From an uncultured Gemmatimonadales bacterium (GTDB lineage: Bacteria > Gemmatimonadota > Gemmatimonadetes > Gemmatimonadales > GWC2-71-9): a DNA stretch of 64,000 nt. Both the position numbers and the translations under genes were made by a program. Under the pieces are notes generated by a model. It did no database searches and was not told the origin of the DNA. It saw nothing but the letters and a program-made list of their open reading frames with translations. The stretch is from assembly GCA_963844035.1 (NCBI GenBank), contig CAWJMT010000004.1:288001-352000 (forward strand), in the 5' to 3' direction. Shown here piece by piece: positions 33,882-42,653 of this stretch. Position 1 is the stretch's first letter. Each line of letters opens with the position of its first letter.

Positions 33882-35038
33882 ACCGACAACTCCTGACGCG
33901 GTCTGAGACGGGCGAGTGCCTCCCCCATACGGCGCACGCCTTCCGTGAGGGTGCCTTCGTCGGCACAGAACGACACACGGAGATACTTCTCGGCTTCCGA
34001 CCCGAACGAGCTTCCCGGCACCGTGATGACGCCATGCTCGAGCAACGTTTCGGCGACGCGTGCCGATGACCCGTACGCCGCCACATCGGTCATCGTGTAG
34101 AACGCGCCCTCGGGCGGCACGGCCCGCAGCTGCAGTGTACCCGCCATCAGCCCGAGGATGTGATCGCGGCGCGCGCGAAAGGTCGCGCGGAACTCAGCCC
34201 GCGCCGCGTCCGCTTCCGGCGTCCACGCTGCGAGGGCGGCCTTCTGCGAGATGGTGGACGCGCACGTCGTCACGTAGCCGTGCAGCACCAGCGCGCTCCG
34301 CACCACATCCGCCGGCGCGCAGAGCCACCCCAGCCGCCACCCCGTCATGCTCAGTGCTTTGGAGAGGCCGCCAACGATCACGGTCTGCGGATGGTACTCC
34401 GAGATCGATGCGGGCCGCGCGGCGCCGAAATACAGATCGCGGTAGATCTCGTCGCTGATCACGGTCGCGGCCGTCCCTTCGAGCGCCTGAGCCATCGCCC
34501 GCAGGTCCGCAGGCGACAGCACCCGGCCGGTCGGGTTGGACGGGCTGATGCAGACGACCACCTTGGTGCGCGGCGAAATCTGCCGCCGGAAGTCGTCGAT
34601 ATCGAACCCGAAGTCGCGCGCCGCCGGCAGGCGATAGGGCACAGCGCGCCCACCCGCCATCCGCACGATCGCCGGGTACGCGAGAAACCCGGGATCGGGG
34701 ACCAGCACCTCGTCCCCGTCATCCACCAGGGTCGTGAGCGCGAGGTACAGCGCCTCCTGCGACCCCGCCGTGATGATCACCCGCTCCGCGCCGGCGCGAG
34801 TGTGCGGGTATCCCGCCGCCACCAGCTCGCGCAGGACGGGAAGTCCCGCATGCGTGGTGTAGCCGTTCTGCTCTTCGAGGATGGCGCGCACCGCGGCCTG
34901 GCGCACGACATCGGGCGTCGGCAGGTCCGGCTCCCCCAGGCCGAGGTTGATGCTCCCCGCCGGAGCGCGGTCGAAGAACTGGCGGATCGCGCTCTTCTCG
35001 ATGCCGGCGAGCCGGCGCGCCGGCCTGAACTCACTCAT
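33878..35038 (-). CDS. Class I/II PLP aminotransferase, probable N-succinyl-DAP aminotransferase by context
   Basis: [32 protein letters not shown]; inside the dap operon. Confidence 0.85.
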   Translation of the reverse strand: MSEFRPARRLAGIEKSAIRQFFDRAPAGSINLGLGEPDLPTPDVVRQAAVRAILEEQNGYTTHAGLPVLRELVAAGYPHTRAGAERVIITAGSQEALYLALTTLVDDGDEVLVPDPGFLAYPAIVRMAGGRAVPYRLPAARDFGFDIDDFRRQISPRTKVVVCISPSNPTGRVLSPADLRAMAQALEGTAATVISDEIYRDLYFGAARPASISEYHPQTVIVGGLSKALSMTGWRLGWLCAPADVVRSALVLHGYVTTCASTISQKAALAAWTPEADAARAEFRATFRARRDHILGLMAGTLQLRAVPPEGAFYTMTDVAAYGSSARVAETLLEHGVITVPGSSFGSEAEKYLRVSFCADEGTLTEGVRRMGEALARLRPRQELSV

Positions 35039-35868
35039 CGCAACGCATCCTCGAGCGACGTCGCGGCATCGGTCTGGGCGTCGCGGTACTTGACGATCAC
35101 GGGCGTGTAGAGCGACAAGTGCTGGGCGGCGGCGAACGTGCCGCTCACTGCCCGCGCACCCGGCACCACCACCGCACACGCCGGGATCTCGAGCACCCCG
35201 CCCTTCGGCCGGCGGTACACGCGTTCGTGTACCAGATCGTAGACCGGTGTGGAGCCGGTGAGGATCGTACCGGCAGCGAGCACCGCCCGCTCGCGCACGA
35301 TAGTCCCTTCGTACACGCCGCAGCCCCCGCCTACCAGCACGTCGTCCTCGATGATCACGGGCAGCGCCCCCACCGGCTCGAGCACGCCGCCGATCTGTGC
35401 AGCGGCCGACAGATGCACCCGCTTGCCGATCTGCGCGCACGAGCCGACCAGCGCGTGACTGTCGATCAACGTCCCTTCATCGACGTACGCGCCCACGTTG
35501 ACGTACATCGGCGGCATGCAGACCACGCCGGGCGCGACGTACGCGCCGTCGCGGATCGTGGAGCCGCCCGGCACGATGCGCACCCGATCGGCGAGCGTGG
35601 TCGAGCGTACCGGATACGTGTCCTTGTCGAAGAAGCGGAACGTGTCGTCGACCGACAGATCGGCGAGCGCGCCCATCTTGAAACCGAGCAGGATTCCCTG
35701 CTTGACCCATGTCTGGGCGCGCCACGTGCCGTCGGGCTCCCGGACGGCGGCGCGAACCGCTCCGCTCGACAACTGCTCGCGAAACGCCACGAACGTCGCG
35801 CGCTCGGCCGGCCCGAACATGGGACGGCCCGCCGCGGCGAGCGCTTCGATCTCCTCACGCAGCGACAT
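35035..35868 (-). CDS. dapD: Tetrahydrodipicolinate N-succinyltransferase
   Basis: [29 protein letters not shown]. Confidence 0.93.
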   Translation of the reverse strand: MSLREEIEALAAAGRPMFGPAERATFVAFREQLSSGAVRAAVREPDGTWRAQTWVKQGILLGFKMGALADLSVDDTFRFFDKDTYPVRSTTLADRVRIVPGGSTIRDGAYVAPGVVCMPPMYVNVGAYVDEGTLIDSHALVGSCAQIGKRVHLSAAAQIGGVLEPVGALPVIIEDDVLVGGGCGVYEGTIVRERAVLAAGTILTGSTPVYDLVHERVYRRPKGGVLEIPACAVVVPGARAVSGTFAAAQHLSLYTPVIVKYRDAQTDAATSLEDALR

Positions 35869-36772
35869 GACGCTGCAGCGCTCCCAGCTCTTGCAGCACG
35901 TCCCGCAGGCGCGCCTTCGTCTTTTCCTGCACCGGCACGAGCGGGAGACGGAACGTCTCTTCGAGCAGTCCCATCAAGGCCATCGCCGCCTTCACCGGCC
36001 CCGGGCTGGACTCCATGAAGTTCGCCTCCATGAGCGGCAGCAGGCGGTAGTGCAGCTCGCGCGCCGCGGGCCAATTCCCCTGCAGCGCGAGGTCTGTCAT
36101 CCGGACCATCAGGTCGGGGACCTCGTTGGAGACGACCGCGACGATCCCATCGGCACCGAGCGCGATCAGGGGCAAGGTCTGCGCGTCGTCACCCGAGAGA
36201 ACACGGAAGTCCTTGGGCCGGTCCCGCAGGATCGCCATGATCTGGGTGAAGTCTCCGGACGCTTCCTTCACCGCGACGATGTTGTCCACGTCCCGGGCGA
36301 GGCCCAGCACCGTGGGCGCCTGAATGTTCGAGGCGGTACGCCCCGGGACGTTGTAGAGCACGACCGGCAGCCCGGGGACCGCCTTCGCGACCGCCGTGAA
36401 ATGCGCCGTGAGTCCCGCCTGGGTCGGCTTGTTGTAGTAGGGCGCGACGACCAGCACGGCATCGGCGCCCACCGCGCGTGCCGCCTGCGCGCGCTCGACC
36501 GTCGCAGCGGTCGCGTTGCTCCCCACCCCGGCGAGCACGCGCGCGCGACCGCGCACGGTCTCCACGGTCAAGCGCACGACCCCGATCTGCTCTTCGGGCG
36601 TCAGCGTCATCGCCTCGCCGGTCGTGCCGCAGGGCACGAGCACCTTCACGCCGCCCGCGATCTGTCGTTCGAGCAGCGCCCGCATCCGAGCCTCGTCCAC
36701 GCGCCCATCGCCCGCAAACGGCGTCACGAGCGCGGTCGCGCAGCCCCGCAGCCAATCAACGCGTATCGTCAT
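35855..36772 (-). CDS. dapA: 4-hydroxy-tetrahydrodipicolinate synthase
   Basis: [25 protein letters not shown]. Confidence 0.96.
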   Translation of the reverse strand: MTIRVDWLRGCATALVTPFAGDGRVDEARMRALLERQIAGGVKVLVPCGTTGEAMTLTPEEQIGVVRLTVETVRGRARVLAGVGSNATAATVERAQAARAVGADAVLVVAPYYNKPTQAGLTAHFTAVAKAVPGLPVVLYNVPGRTASNIQAPTVLGLARDVDNIVAVKEASGDFTQIMAILRDRPKDFRVLSGDDAQTLPLIALGADGIVAVVSNEVPDLMVRMTDLALQGNWPAARELHYRLLPLMEANFMESSPGPVKAAMALMGLLEETFRLPLVPVQEKTKARLRDVLQELGALQRHVAA

Positions 36773-37485
36773 GCTCCCGCCTTTCGTTCCGCTTCGAGAA
36801 TCTCGTCGAGCACATCCTCGAAGGCGTAAACGCCACGCCGGCCCACAATCCAGCGCGCCGCCGCGAGCGCGCCGGCCGCGAACCCCTCCCGGGACCGGGC
36901 GGTGTGGATGAGCGTCAGCTGGTCCGCGGCCGAGTCGAACCCGACCCGGTGCACGCCCGGGATGTGCCCGGCGCGCGTGCTGGCGATCGGGACGTCGCGC
37001 CCCAACCGGCGAGCCAGCACCGAATGAAGATGGAGCGCCGTTCCCGACGGCGCATCTTTCTTGTTCGCGTGGTGCGCCTCTTCGATGAACGCCTCGTAGG
37101 ACATGACGCCGCGGAACAACTCGGCGGCGCGTTCCACGAGCCGGTAGAAGACGTGCACCCCGATCGAGAAGTTCGCCCCGACCACCATCGCCCCGCCCCC
37201 CTGTTCGACGAGGCGCCGGGCTTCTGCTTCCTTCGCCTGCCAGCCGGTCGTCCCCTCGACGAGCGGCACCCCCGCCGCGACGCAGGCAGCCACATGCGGC
37301 AACACCGCTTCGGGTGCGGAGAAATCGATGGCGGCGTCGTGACCTCGTAGGACTGCAGCAAGCTTGTCGGGCGCGAGGCTCGCGTCGTTGATGTTCAGGA
37401 CCACGCCGACCGTGTGCCCCGACGCGCGCGCGGCCGCCATCACGACGCTGCCCATCCGGCCGTCGCCCAGGAATGCAAGCTTCAT
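36769..37485 (-). CDS. dapB: 4-hydroxy-tetrahydrodipicolinate reductase
   Basis: GRMG, IDFS, GTTG, NFSIGV, EAHHANKKDAPSGTA, SREGFAAGA. Confidence 0.95.
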   Translation of the reverse strand: MKLAFLGDGRMGSVVMAAARASGHTVGVVLNINDASLAPDKLAAVLRGHDAAIDFSAPEAVLPHVAACVAAGVPLVEGTTGWQAKEAEARRLVEQGGGAMVVGANFSIGVHVFYRLVERAAELFRGVMSYEAFIEEAHHANKKDAPSGTALHLHSVLARRLGRDVPIASTRAGHIPGVHRVGFDSAADQLTLIHTARSREGFAAGALAAARWIVGRRGVYAFEDVLDEILEAERKAGA

Positions 37486-39905
37486 GACCGTCCTCCGCCG
37501 ACCGTAGCGGGCGTTTCGAGCAGGCGCCGCGCGAGCTGGACGTATAGGTCCACCCCGCGCTCCAGCTCGGATTTCGCGATCCGCTCCCGCGGCATGTGAG
37601 CGTCGTGGATCGAGCCCGGGCCGAACAGCAGCGGCTTGCCCCAGTTCGACAGGTGGGGGACGTCGGTGGTGAATCCGACGACGCACTGTTCGAACCCCGG
37701 GACCGCGGTGAGGCGGATCGGCGGCGTGTGGCTCAGATACTCGACGCTCGCCCGTCCCGCCACCGCACGCTCGAGCAGCTCGCGCACCGGAGCCGGGTCG
37801 CCGATCAGCCGGATGTGCAGGTCGGCACGGGCGTCCGGGGCGATCACGTTCGACCCCGCGCCGCCGGCCAGGACGCCGATGTTACACGTCGTCTCACCGA
37901 AATAGCTGTCCTTGGGCCAGGCGATCGCGCGTACATCCGCGAGCACGTCGAGCAGCGTGTGGATCGCCGAGCGACCCCGCTCGGGATACGCCGAATGGCC
38001 GCCCGTCCCCTCGGTCCGCAGCACCACGCGAATCGAGCCCTTGCTGCCCACGGCAAGCTTGTTCTCCGTCGGCTCGCCCACGACCATCCAGCGACAGTCC
38101 CGCGCGGCCGGATGTTTGTTCGCCGCCCGCGCCCCCAGGGCGCCTTTCTCCTCGTCCACAACGTACAGCAGCCCAATGTCGCGCACGCCTTCAGCCCGCA
38201 GCCGCTCGGCGGCTGCAACCTGGGCCGCGATGATGCCCTTTGTGTCGCACGCACCCCGTCCATAGAGAAACTCGTCATCCTCTGAGGACGGGAAGAAGGG
38301 CGGAACGGTGTCGAGGTGCGTGCAGAATACCAGACGTGCGGGGACATCGGTCGTAGCAAACAGACCCGGGCGCCCCGGCACATCTTCCAGCAGCTCGACG
38401 CGGTACCCCAGCTCCATCAGATAGGACCGCAGTGCGCGGGCGACCGCGTCTTCGTCACCCGTGACCGATGGGATATCGATCAGGTGCCGCGCCAGCTCCA
38501 GCGGCTCGACTGGCTCACCGCGCCGCGGGGCGCGCAGCGATGCCGGATCCGGCGCCACCCGATCGAGCAGCGCGGCGTGCAGCCGCGCTACAGTCTCGCG
38601 CGCCTGCTCCTCTTCCACCACGAATGTGAGGTTCACCCGCGAGGCCCCCTGCGAGATGAGCGACACGTTGATGTCGCGGATCGTCTCGAATACACGGGCC
38701 GCGATCCCCGGCGTCGTGCGCAGCCCCTCGCCCACCACACAAATGATGGCGCGGCCCGGCTCTACGCGCACGTCGCCCATCGCCTTCAGCTCCTCCACCA
38801 CCGCGGGCAGCTGCTCGGCGCCATCCTCCACGGTGAGTGAGAGACTCACCTCGGAGGTCGTGACCACGTCCACCGGCATCTTGTGGCGGTCGAACACCTC
38901 GAACAGCGTGCGCAGGAAGCCGTACGCACCGAGCATCCGCTCCGAGGTGATCTGCAGCACCGTGATCCCCCCCTTGTGAGCGATCGATTTCACCGCTCCG
39001 GGCCAGAACGCCGCTTCGGTCGCGACCAGGGTGCCCGGATCATCGGGCGCGCGCGAGTTCACGATGCGCACGGGGATCTTGCGGGCGAGGGCCGGCCGGA
39101 TGGTTTTCGGGTGCAGCACCTTCGCCCCGAAATAGGCGAGCTCGGACGCCTCGGCGTAGGATAGGCTGGGAATGGTGCGGGCCCCGGGCACGATGCGTGG
39201 GTCGGCCGTCAGGACGCCCGATACGTCGGTCCAGATCTGGATTTCAGCCGCGTTCAGCGCCGCGCCGACCAGCGCCGCCGTATAGTCGGAGCCGCCGCGC
39301 CCCAACGTGGTGGTCACGCCACTGGTGGTGGCGGCTACATACCCTCCCAGCACCGGGATACGTCCGGCCGCGAGCAGCGGCTCGAGCTCGGCGCGGCAGC
39401 GTCGCTCCGTCTCTCCGCCGTCGGGCGTGGCGCGGCCGTAGGCGTCGTCAGTGACGATGCAGCGACGGGCGTCCACTCCCGTGGCCGGGAGCCCGGCGGC
39501 GGCCAGGCCCTCGGCCAGCAGCGTCGAGGAGAGGCGCTCCCCGTACGACAGGATCTCGTCGCGGAGCCGGGGGAGCTGCGCCGGGTCCCGCTCCGCGGCT
39601 TCGAGCAGGCGGGCGATATCGTCTCGCGCATGGGCAAGATCTTCGTTGAACCGTGCCGCGGCCGCGGCGCCGAGCAGCCGGCGGGCGATCTCGCGGTGCC
39701 GCTCGAAGTGCGGCTCGAGACCCTGCACCGTTCCAGCGTCCACGCTCGCGACCAGCGCATCCGTCATGCGAGCGAGCGCCGACACCACCACCACCGGGTG
39801 CGCTGCCACGCGGGCGCGCAGGATCTCCGTCACGCGCGCGAATGCAGCCACGTCCTCGACGGATGTGCCGCCGAACTTGAGGACGGTACACGAATCCCCC
39901 ATCAC
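37482..39905 (-). CDS. lysC: Aspartokinase (two ACT domains) fused to an M20 deacylase (DapE/ArgE-like)
   Basis: KFGGTSV, TLGRGGSD, AKVLHP; then IPSVTGDE, THLDTVPP, GRGACDTKG, DEE, GEPT, GHSAYP, FGPGSIHDAH in one 807-aa ORF. Confidence 0.9.
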   Translation of the reverse strand: MMGDSCTVLKFGGTSVEDVAAFARVTEILRARVAAHPVVVVSALARMTDALVASVDAGTVQGLEPHFERHREIARRLLGAAAAARFNEDLAHARDDIARLLEAAERDPAQLPRLRDEILSYGERLSSTLLAEGLAAAGLPATGVDARRCIVTDDAYGRATPDGGETERRCRAELEPLLAAGRIPVLGGYVAATTSGVTTTLGRGGSDYTAALVGAALNAAEIQIWTDVSGVLTADPRIVPGARTIPSLSYAEASELAYFGAKVLHPKTIRPALARKIPVRIVNSRAPDDPGTLVATEAAFWPGAVKSIAHKGGITVLQITSERMLGAYGFLRTLFEVFDRHKMPVDVVTTSEVSLSLTVEDGAEQLPAVVEELKAMGDVRVEPGRAIICVVGEGLRTTPGIAARVFETIRDINVSLISQGASRVNLTFVVEEEQARETVARLHAALLDRVAPDPASLRAPRRGEPVEPLELARHLIDIPSVTGDEDAVARALRSYLMELGYRVELLEDVPGRPGLFATTDVPARLVFCTHLDTVPPFFPSSEDDEFLYGRGACDTKGIIAAQVAAAERLRAEGVRDIGLLYVVDEEKGALGARAANKHPAARDCRWMVVGEPTENKLAVGSKGSIRVVLRTEGTGGHSAYPERGRSAIHTLLDVLADVRAIAWPKDSYFGETTCNIGVLAGGAGSNVIAPDARADLHIRLIGDPAPVRELLERAVAGRASVEYLSHTPPIRLTAVPGFEQCVVGFTTDVPHLSNWGKPLLFGPGSIHDAHMPRERIAKSELERGVDLYVQLARRLLETPATVGGGRS

Positions 39906-39997
39906 CTAGGACCTCACTTGACCCGACGAGCGACGGCCGCGAGAGCGTCGGGGTGCTCTGTTGGTGCGACCGCTACAATGATTTCTGGACGAGACGA

Positions 39998-40087
39998 CTA
40001 CAGAAGGGAGCACGCCCGCTTTCGGCGGGCCAGCCGAGCGTCGTCCGCAAAGCGGAACGGATGGGAGGTGCGAGGGTCAAGCGGCAT
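39998..40087 (-). CDS. Putative lysC leader uORF MPLDPRTSHPFRFADDARLARRKRACSLL
   Basis: ATG 12 nt after the -10 box; single Lys codon at the loop of hairpin gcccgc-cgaaa-gcgggc. Confidence 0.45.
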   Translation of the reverse strand: MPLDPRTSHPFRFADDARLARRKRACSLL

Positions 40088-40099
40088 AACGTAGGTTGC

Positions 40100-40128
40100 A
40101 CCTTACGAAGCTGCCTGCAGGCTGTCAA
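40100..40128 (-). promoter_or_regulatory. sigma70 promoter of the lysC/dap operon
   Basis: TTGACA-N17-TAAGGT. Confidence 0.7.
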
Positions 40129-40197
40129 GCGGTCGGACGGGCACGGTAAGCGCGCCCGCTCTCGAAGGTTAGCGCGCGCAGCAGCGCGCCTGCCGTG

Positions 40198-40226
40198 TTG
40201 ACACCCTCAGTGAGACATGGTAGCGT
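40198..40226 (+). promoter_or_regulatory. sigma70 promoter of the cys leader
   Basis: TTGACA-N17-TAGCGT with extended TGn; ATG follows after 7 nt. Confidence 0.75.
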
Positions 40227-40233
40227 ACGAGCC

Positions 40234-40335
40234 ATGCGACTGTGCTGCAACGCAATTGGCTGTTGTTGTCCCTCCCAGGGGAGCGGGCGTGATTGCGGTG
40301 CACAGTCCGGAGGTCATCGGACGCAGGACAGGTAG
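40234..40335 (+). CDS. Cys-rich leader peptide MRLCCNAIGCCCPSQGSGRDCGAQSGGHRTQDR
   Basis: 6 Cys in 33 aa (CC and CCC runs); starts at the predicted TSS; precedes a terminator and cysH. Confidence 0.85.
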   Translation: MRLCCNAIGCCCPSQGSGRDCGAQSGGHRTQDR

Positions 40336-40354
40336 CTTCTCGCGAGTGCACGCG

Positions 40355-40399
40355 AATCGGGCCCGATCCCCTCGAAGGGGAACGGGCCCGATGATTTTT
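40355..40399 (+). terminator. Attenuator terminator upstream of cysH
   Basis: atcgggcccgatcccct-cga-aggggaacgggcccgat followed by gaTTTTT. Confidence 0.85.
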
Positions 40400-40449
40400 G
40401 GGGTGGCCCGAGTGGTAACAAGCAGGCGCACACATACGAGGTGGTCCTA

Positions 40450-41173
40450 GTGAACGAGGGGACGCAGGCAGATGGAGGGTCGGTGCTGTCTCCCGACGCG
40501 GTGCACAAGCACGCGGCGGAGCTGCGCGGCGCCTCGCCGGAAGCGATCCTCCGCTGGACGCTGGCCACCTTCCCGCAGCGCAGCGCGCTGACCGTCAGCT
40601 TCGGCGGGGGCGGCCTGGTCCTCGCCCACTTGCTGAGCCAGATCGACCGTACCGTGCCGGTTCTGTTTCTCGATACGGGGTTTCATTTTCCCGAGACGCT
40701 CACGTTCAAGGACTCGTTTGTCGCGCGGTACGGGCTGAATCTCGTCGAGCTGCACCCCGCCACCGACCCGGGCCCCCTGTACCAGACCGACCCCGACCGC
40801 TGCTGCTCGATTCGCAAGGTCGAGCCGTTGGAGCGCGCGCTGGTCGAAGGAGCGTACCAGAGCTGGATCAGCGCGGTTCGCAGCGACCAGAGTCAGACGC
40901 GCACCGAGATCGACGTGTTGGAGTACCATCGCATCAAGGACCACGCGGTCGTGAAGGTGTACCCGCTCGCGGGGTGGTCCCGCGATCAGGTAAAGGCGCT
41001 ACCTGCGCGAGCATGAGGTGCCGTATCACCCCCTCATGGATCAGGGCTTCACCAGCATCGGCTGCTGGCCGTGCACCCGCGCCACGCGCCCCGGCGAGCC
41101 CGAGCGCGCCGGCCGCTGGAGCGGCCTGGGAAAGACGGAATGCGGCATCCACACGTTCACAGAGAAGGTATGA
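40450..41173 (+). CDS. cysH: APS/PAPS reductase (frameshift near 40998)
   Basis: [41 protein letters not shown] and CxxC indicate the Fe-S APS-reductase type. Confidence 0.92.
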
Positions 41174-41847
41174 GCTTCTACCCGGTATTCTTGAATCTCA
41201 ACGGCCGGCGCGTCGTGGTTGTCGGTGGCGGCGCGGTCGCCGAGCAGAAGGTCGTTGGACTGCTGGACGCCGGCGCACGCGTCACGGTCGTGAGCCCCGT
41301 GTTGACCTGGAAGCTCGAAGACCTGGCTTCGACCAGCGCGATCACAGTCCAGCGTCGCTCGTACGAGCGCGGCGACCTGGAGGGCGCATTCATCGCGATC
41401 GCCGCGACCGACGACCGCAGCGCCAACGCGGCCGTATGGGATGAAGCGGAGCAGCGCGGGATTCTCCTCAATGCCGTGGACGATCTGCCCCACTGCAGCT
41501 TCATCGCGCCGGCGGTGCACCGCGAAGGAGACATCGCCGTCGCCATCTCGACCGGGGGGAAAAGCCCCGCGTTCGCGGTGCGGTTGCGTGAGCGGATCGC
41601 CGCCCTGATCGGCCGTGAAGAGGCGGCGTTCCTCGATCTGCTGGGAGAGCTGCGGCCACACGTTGCCGCCCGCGTTCCCGATTTCAAGGTGCGCACCAAG
41701 CTGTGGTACCAGATCGTCGATTCCGACGTCGTCGAATACGTGCGCCGCGGCGACCTGGTCGGTGCGCGCAAGCGGATCGACGACCTCATCGACGAAACGT
41801 CGCCACGTCCCCCCTCGCCGCGGAGCGGAGAGGGGGCCAGGGGGTGA
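41170..41847 (+). CDS. cysG: Precorrin-2 dehydrogenase/sirohydrochlorin ferrochelatase (CysG N-terminal module)
   Basis: [28 protein letters not shown]. Confidence 0.9.
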   Translation: MSFYPVFLNLNGRRVVVVGGGAVAEQKVVGLLDAGARVTVVSPVLTWKLEDLASTSAITVQRRSYERGDLEGAFIAIAATDDRSANAAVWDEAEQRGILLNAVDDLPHCSFIAPAVHREGDIAVAISTGGKSPAFAVRLRERIAALIGREEAAFLDLLGELRPHVAARVPDFKVRTKLWYQIVDSDVVEYVRRGDLVGARKRIDDLIDETSPRPPSPRSGEGARG

Positions 41848-41850
41848 GGG
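41809..41850. repeat. Short palindromic element CCCCTC..GAGGGGG..GGGGTGAGGG at the cysG/cobA junction
   Basis: ccccctcgccg-cggag-cggagaggggg hairpin followed by ccagggggtgaggg; encodes [12 protein letters not shown]. Confidence 0.5.
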
Positions 41851-42641
41851 CGGGCGCGGGTAAGGTTTTCCTCGTGGGCGCGGGCCCCGGCGATCCCGGA
41901 CTCATCACGGTGCGCGGCATGGCCGCACTCCGGCGCGCCGACGTCATCGTCTACGACCGGCTGGTGCATCCGCATCTCGTGGAGCGCGCGGCGCCCTGGG
42001 CGGAGCGAATCTTCGTCGGTAAACGCGCCGAGGGCCGGTCGATCGAGCAGGACAAGACAAATGAGCTGCTGGTCTCCCTCGCCCAGAGCGGTCAGGTGGT
42101 CGTGCGACTCAAGGGCGGCGACCCGTTCGTGTTCGGCCGTGGCGCTGAGGAGTGCGAGACGCTACGGCACGCCGGTATTCCGTTCGAGGTGATCCCCGGT
42201 GTCAGCTCGGCTCTGGCGGCTCCCGCGGCCGCGGGGATCCCGGTGACCCACCGGCGCTTTGCGTCGGCGTTCGCAGTTGCCGCCGGGCACGAGTGCGAAG
42301 GGGAGTCGGATCTCGATTGGGATGCGCTGGCCCGGATCCCGACGTTGGTGTTCTTGATGGGGCTGCGGGGCCTGTCCACCATTACCGGGCGGCTGCTCGC
42401 GCATGGCGCTCGCCCCGAGACACCGGCTGCGATCATCGCCAGCGCCACACTTCCAGAAGAGCGCACCGTGGTCGGAACGCTGGCGACGATCGCCGAGCTC
42501 GCGCAGGCCGCCGGAATCACCGCGCCTGCGACACTCGTCGTCGGTGAAGTCGTCCGGGTGCGCGACCTGTTGACCGCGCTGGGTGACGGTACGCTGCCCG
42601 CCGAATCGCCCGCCAATACCGCCGTTCTCATCGAAGCCTAA
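41844..42641 (+). CDS. cobA: Uroporphyrinogen-III C-methyltransferase
   Basis: VGAGPGDPGLIT, YDRLV, RLKGGDPFVFGRG, PGVSS, IPVTHR. Confidence 0.93.
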   Translation: MRAGAGKVFLVGAGPGDPGLITVRGMAALRRADVIVYDRLVHPHLVERAAPWAERIFVGKRAEGRSIEQDKTNELLVSLAQSGQVVVRLKGGDPFVFGRGAEECETLRHAGIPFEVIPGVSSALAAPAAAGIPVTHRRFASAFAVAAGHECEGESDLDWDALARIPTLVFLMGLRGLSTITGRLLAHGARPETPAAIIASATLPEERTVVGTLATIAELAQAAGITAPATLVVGEVVRVRDLLTALGDGTLPAESPANTAVLIEA

Positions 42642-42653
42642 AGGGACAGAATC

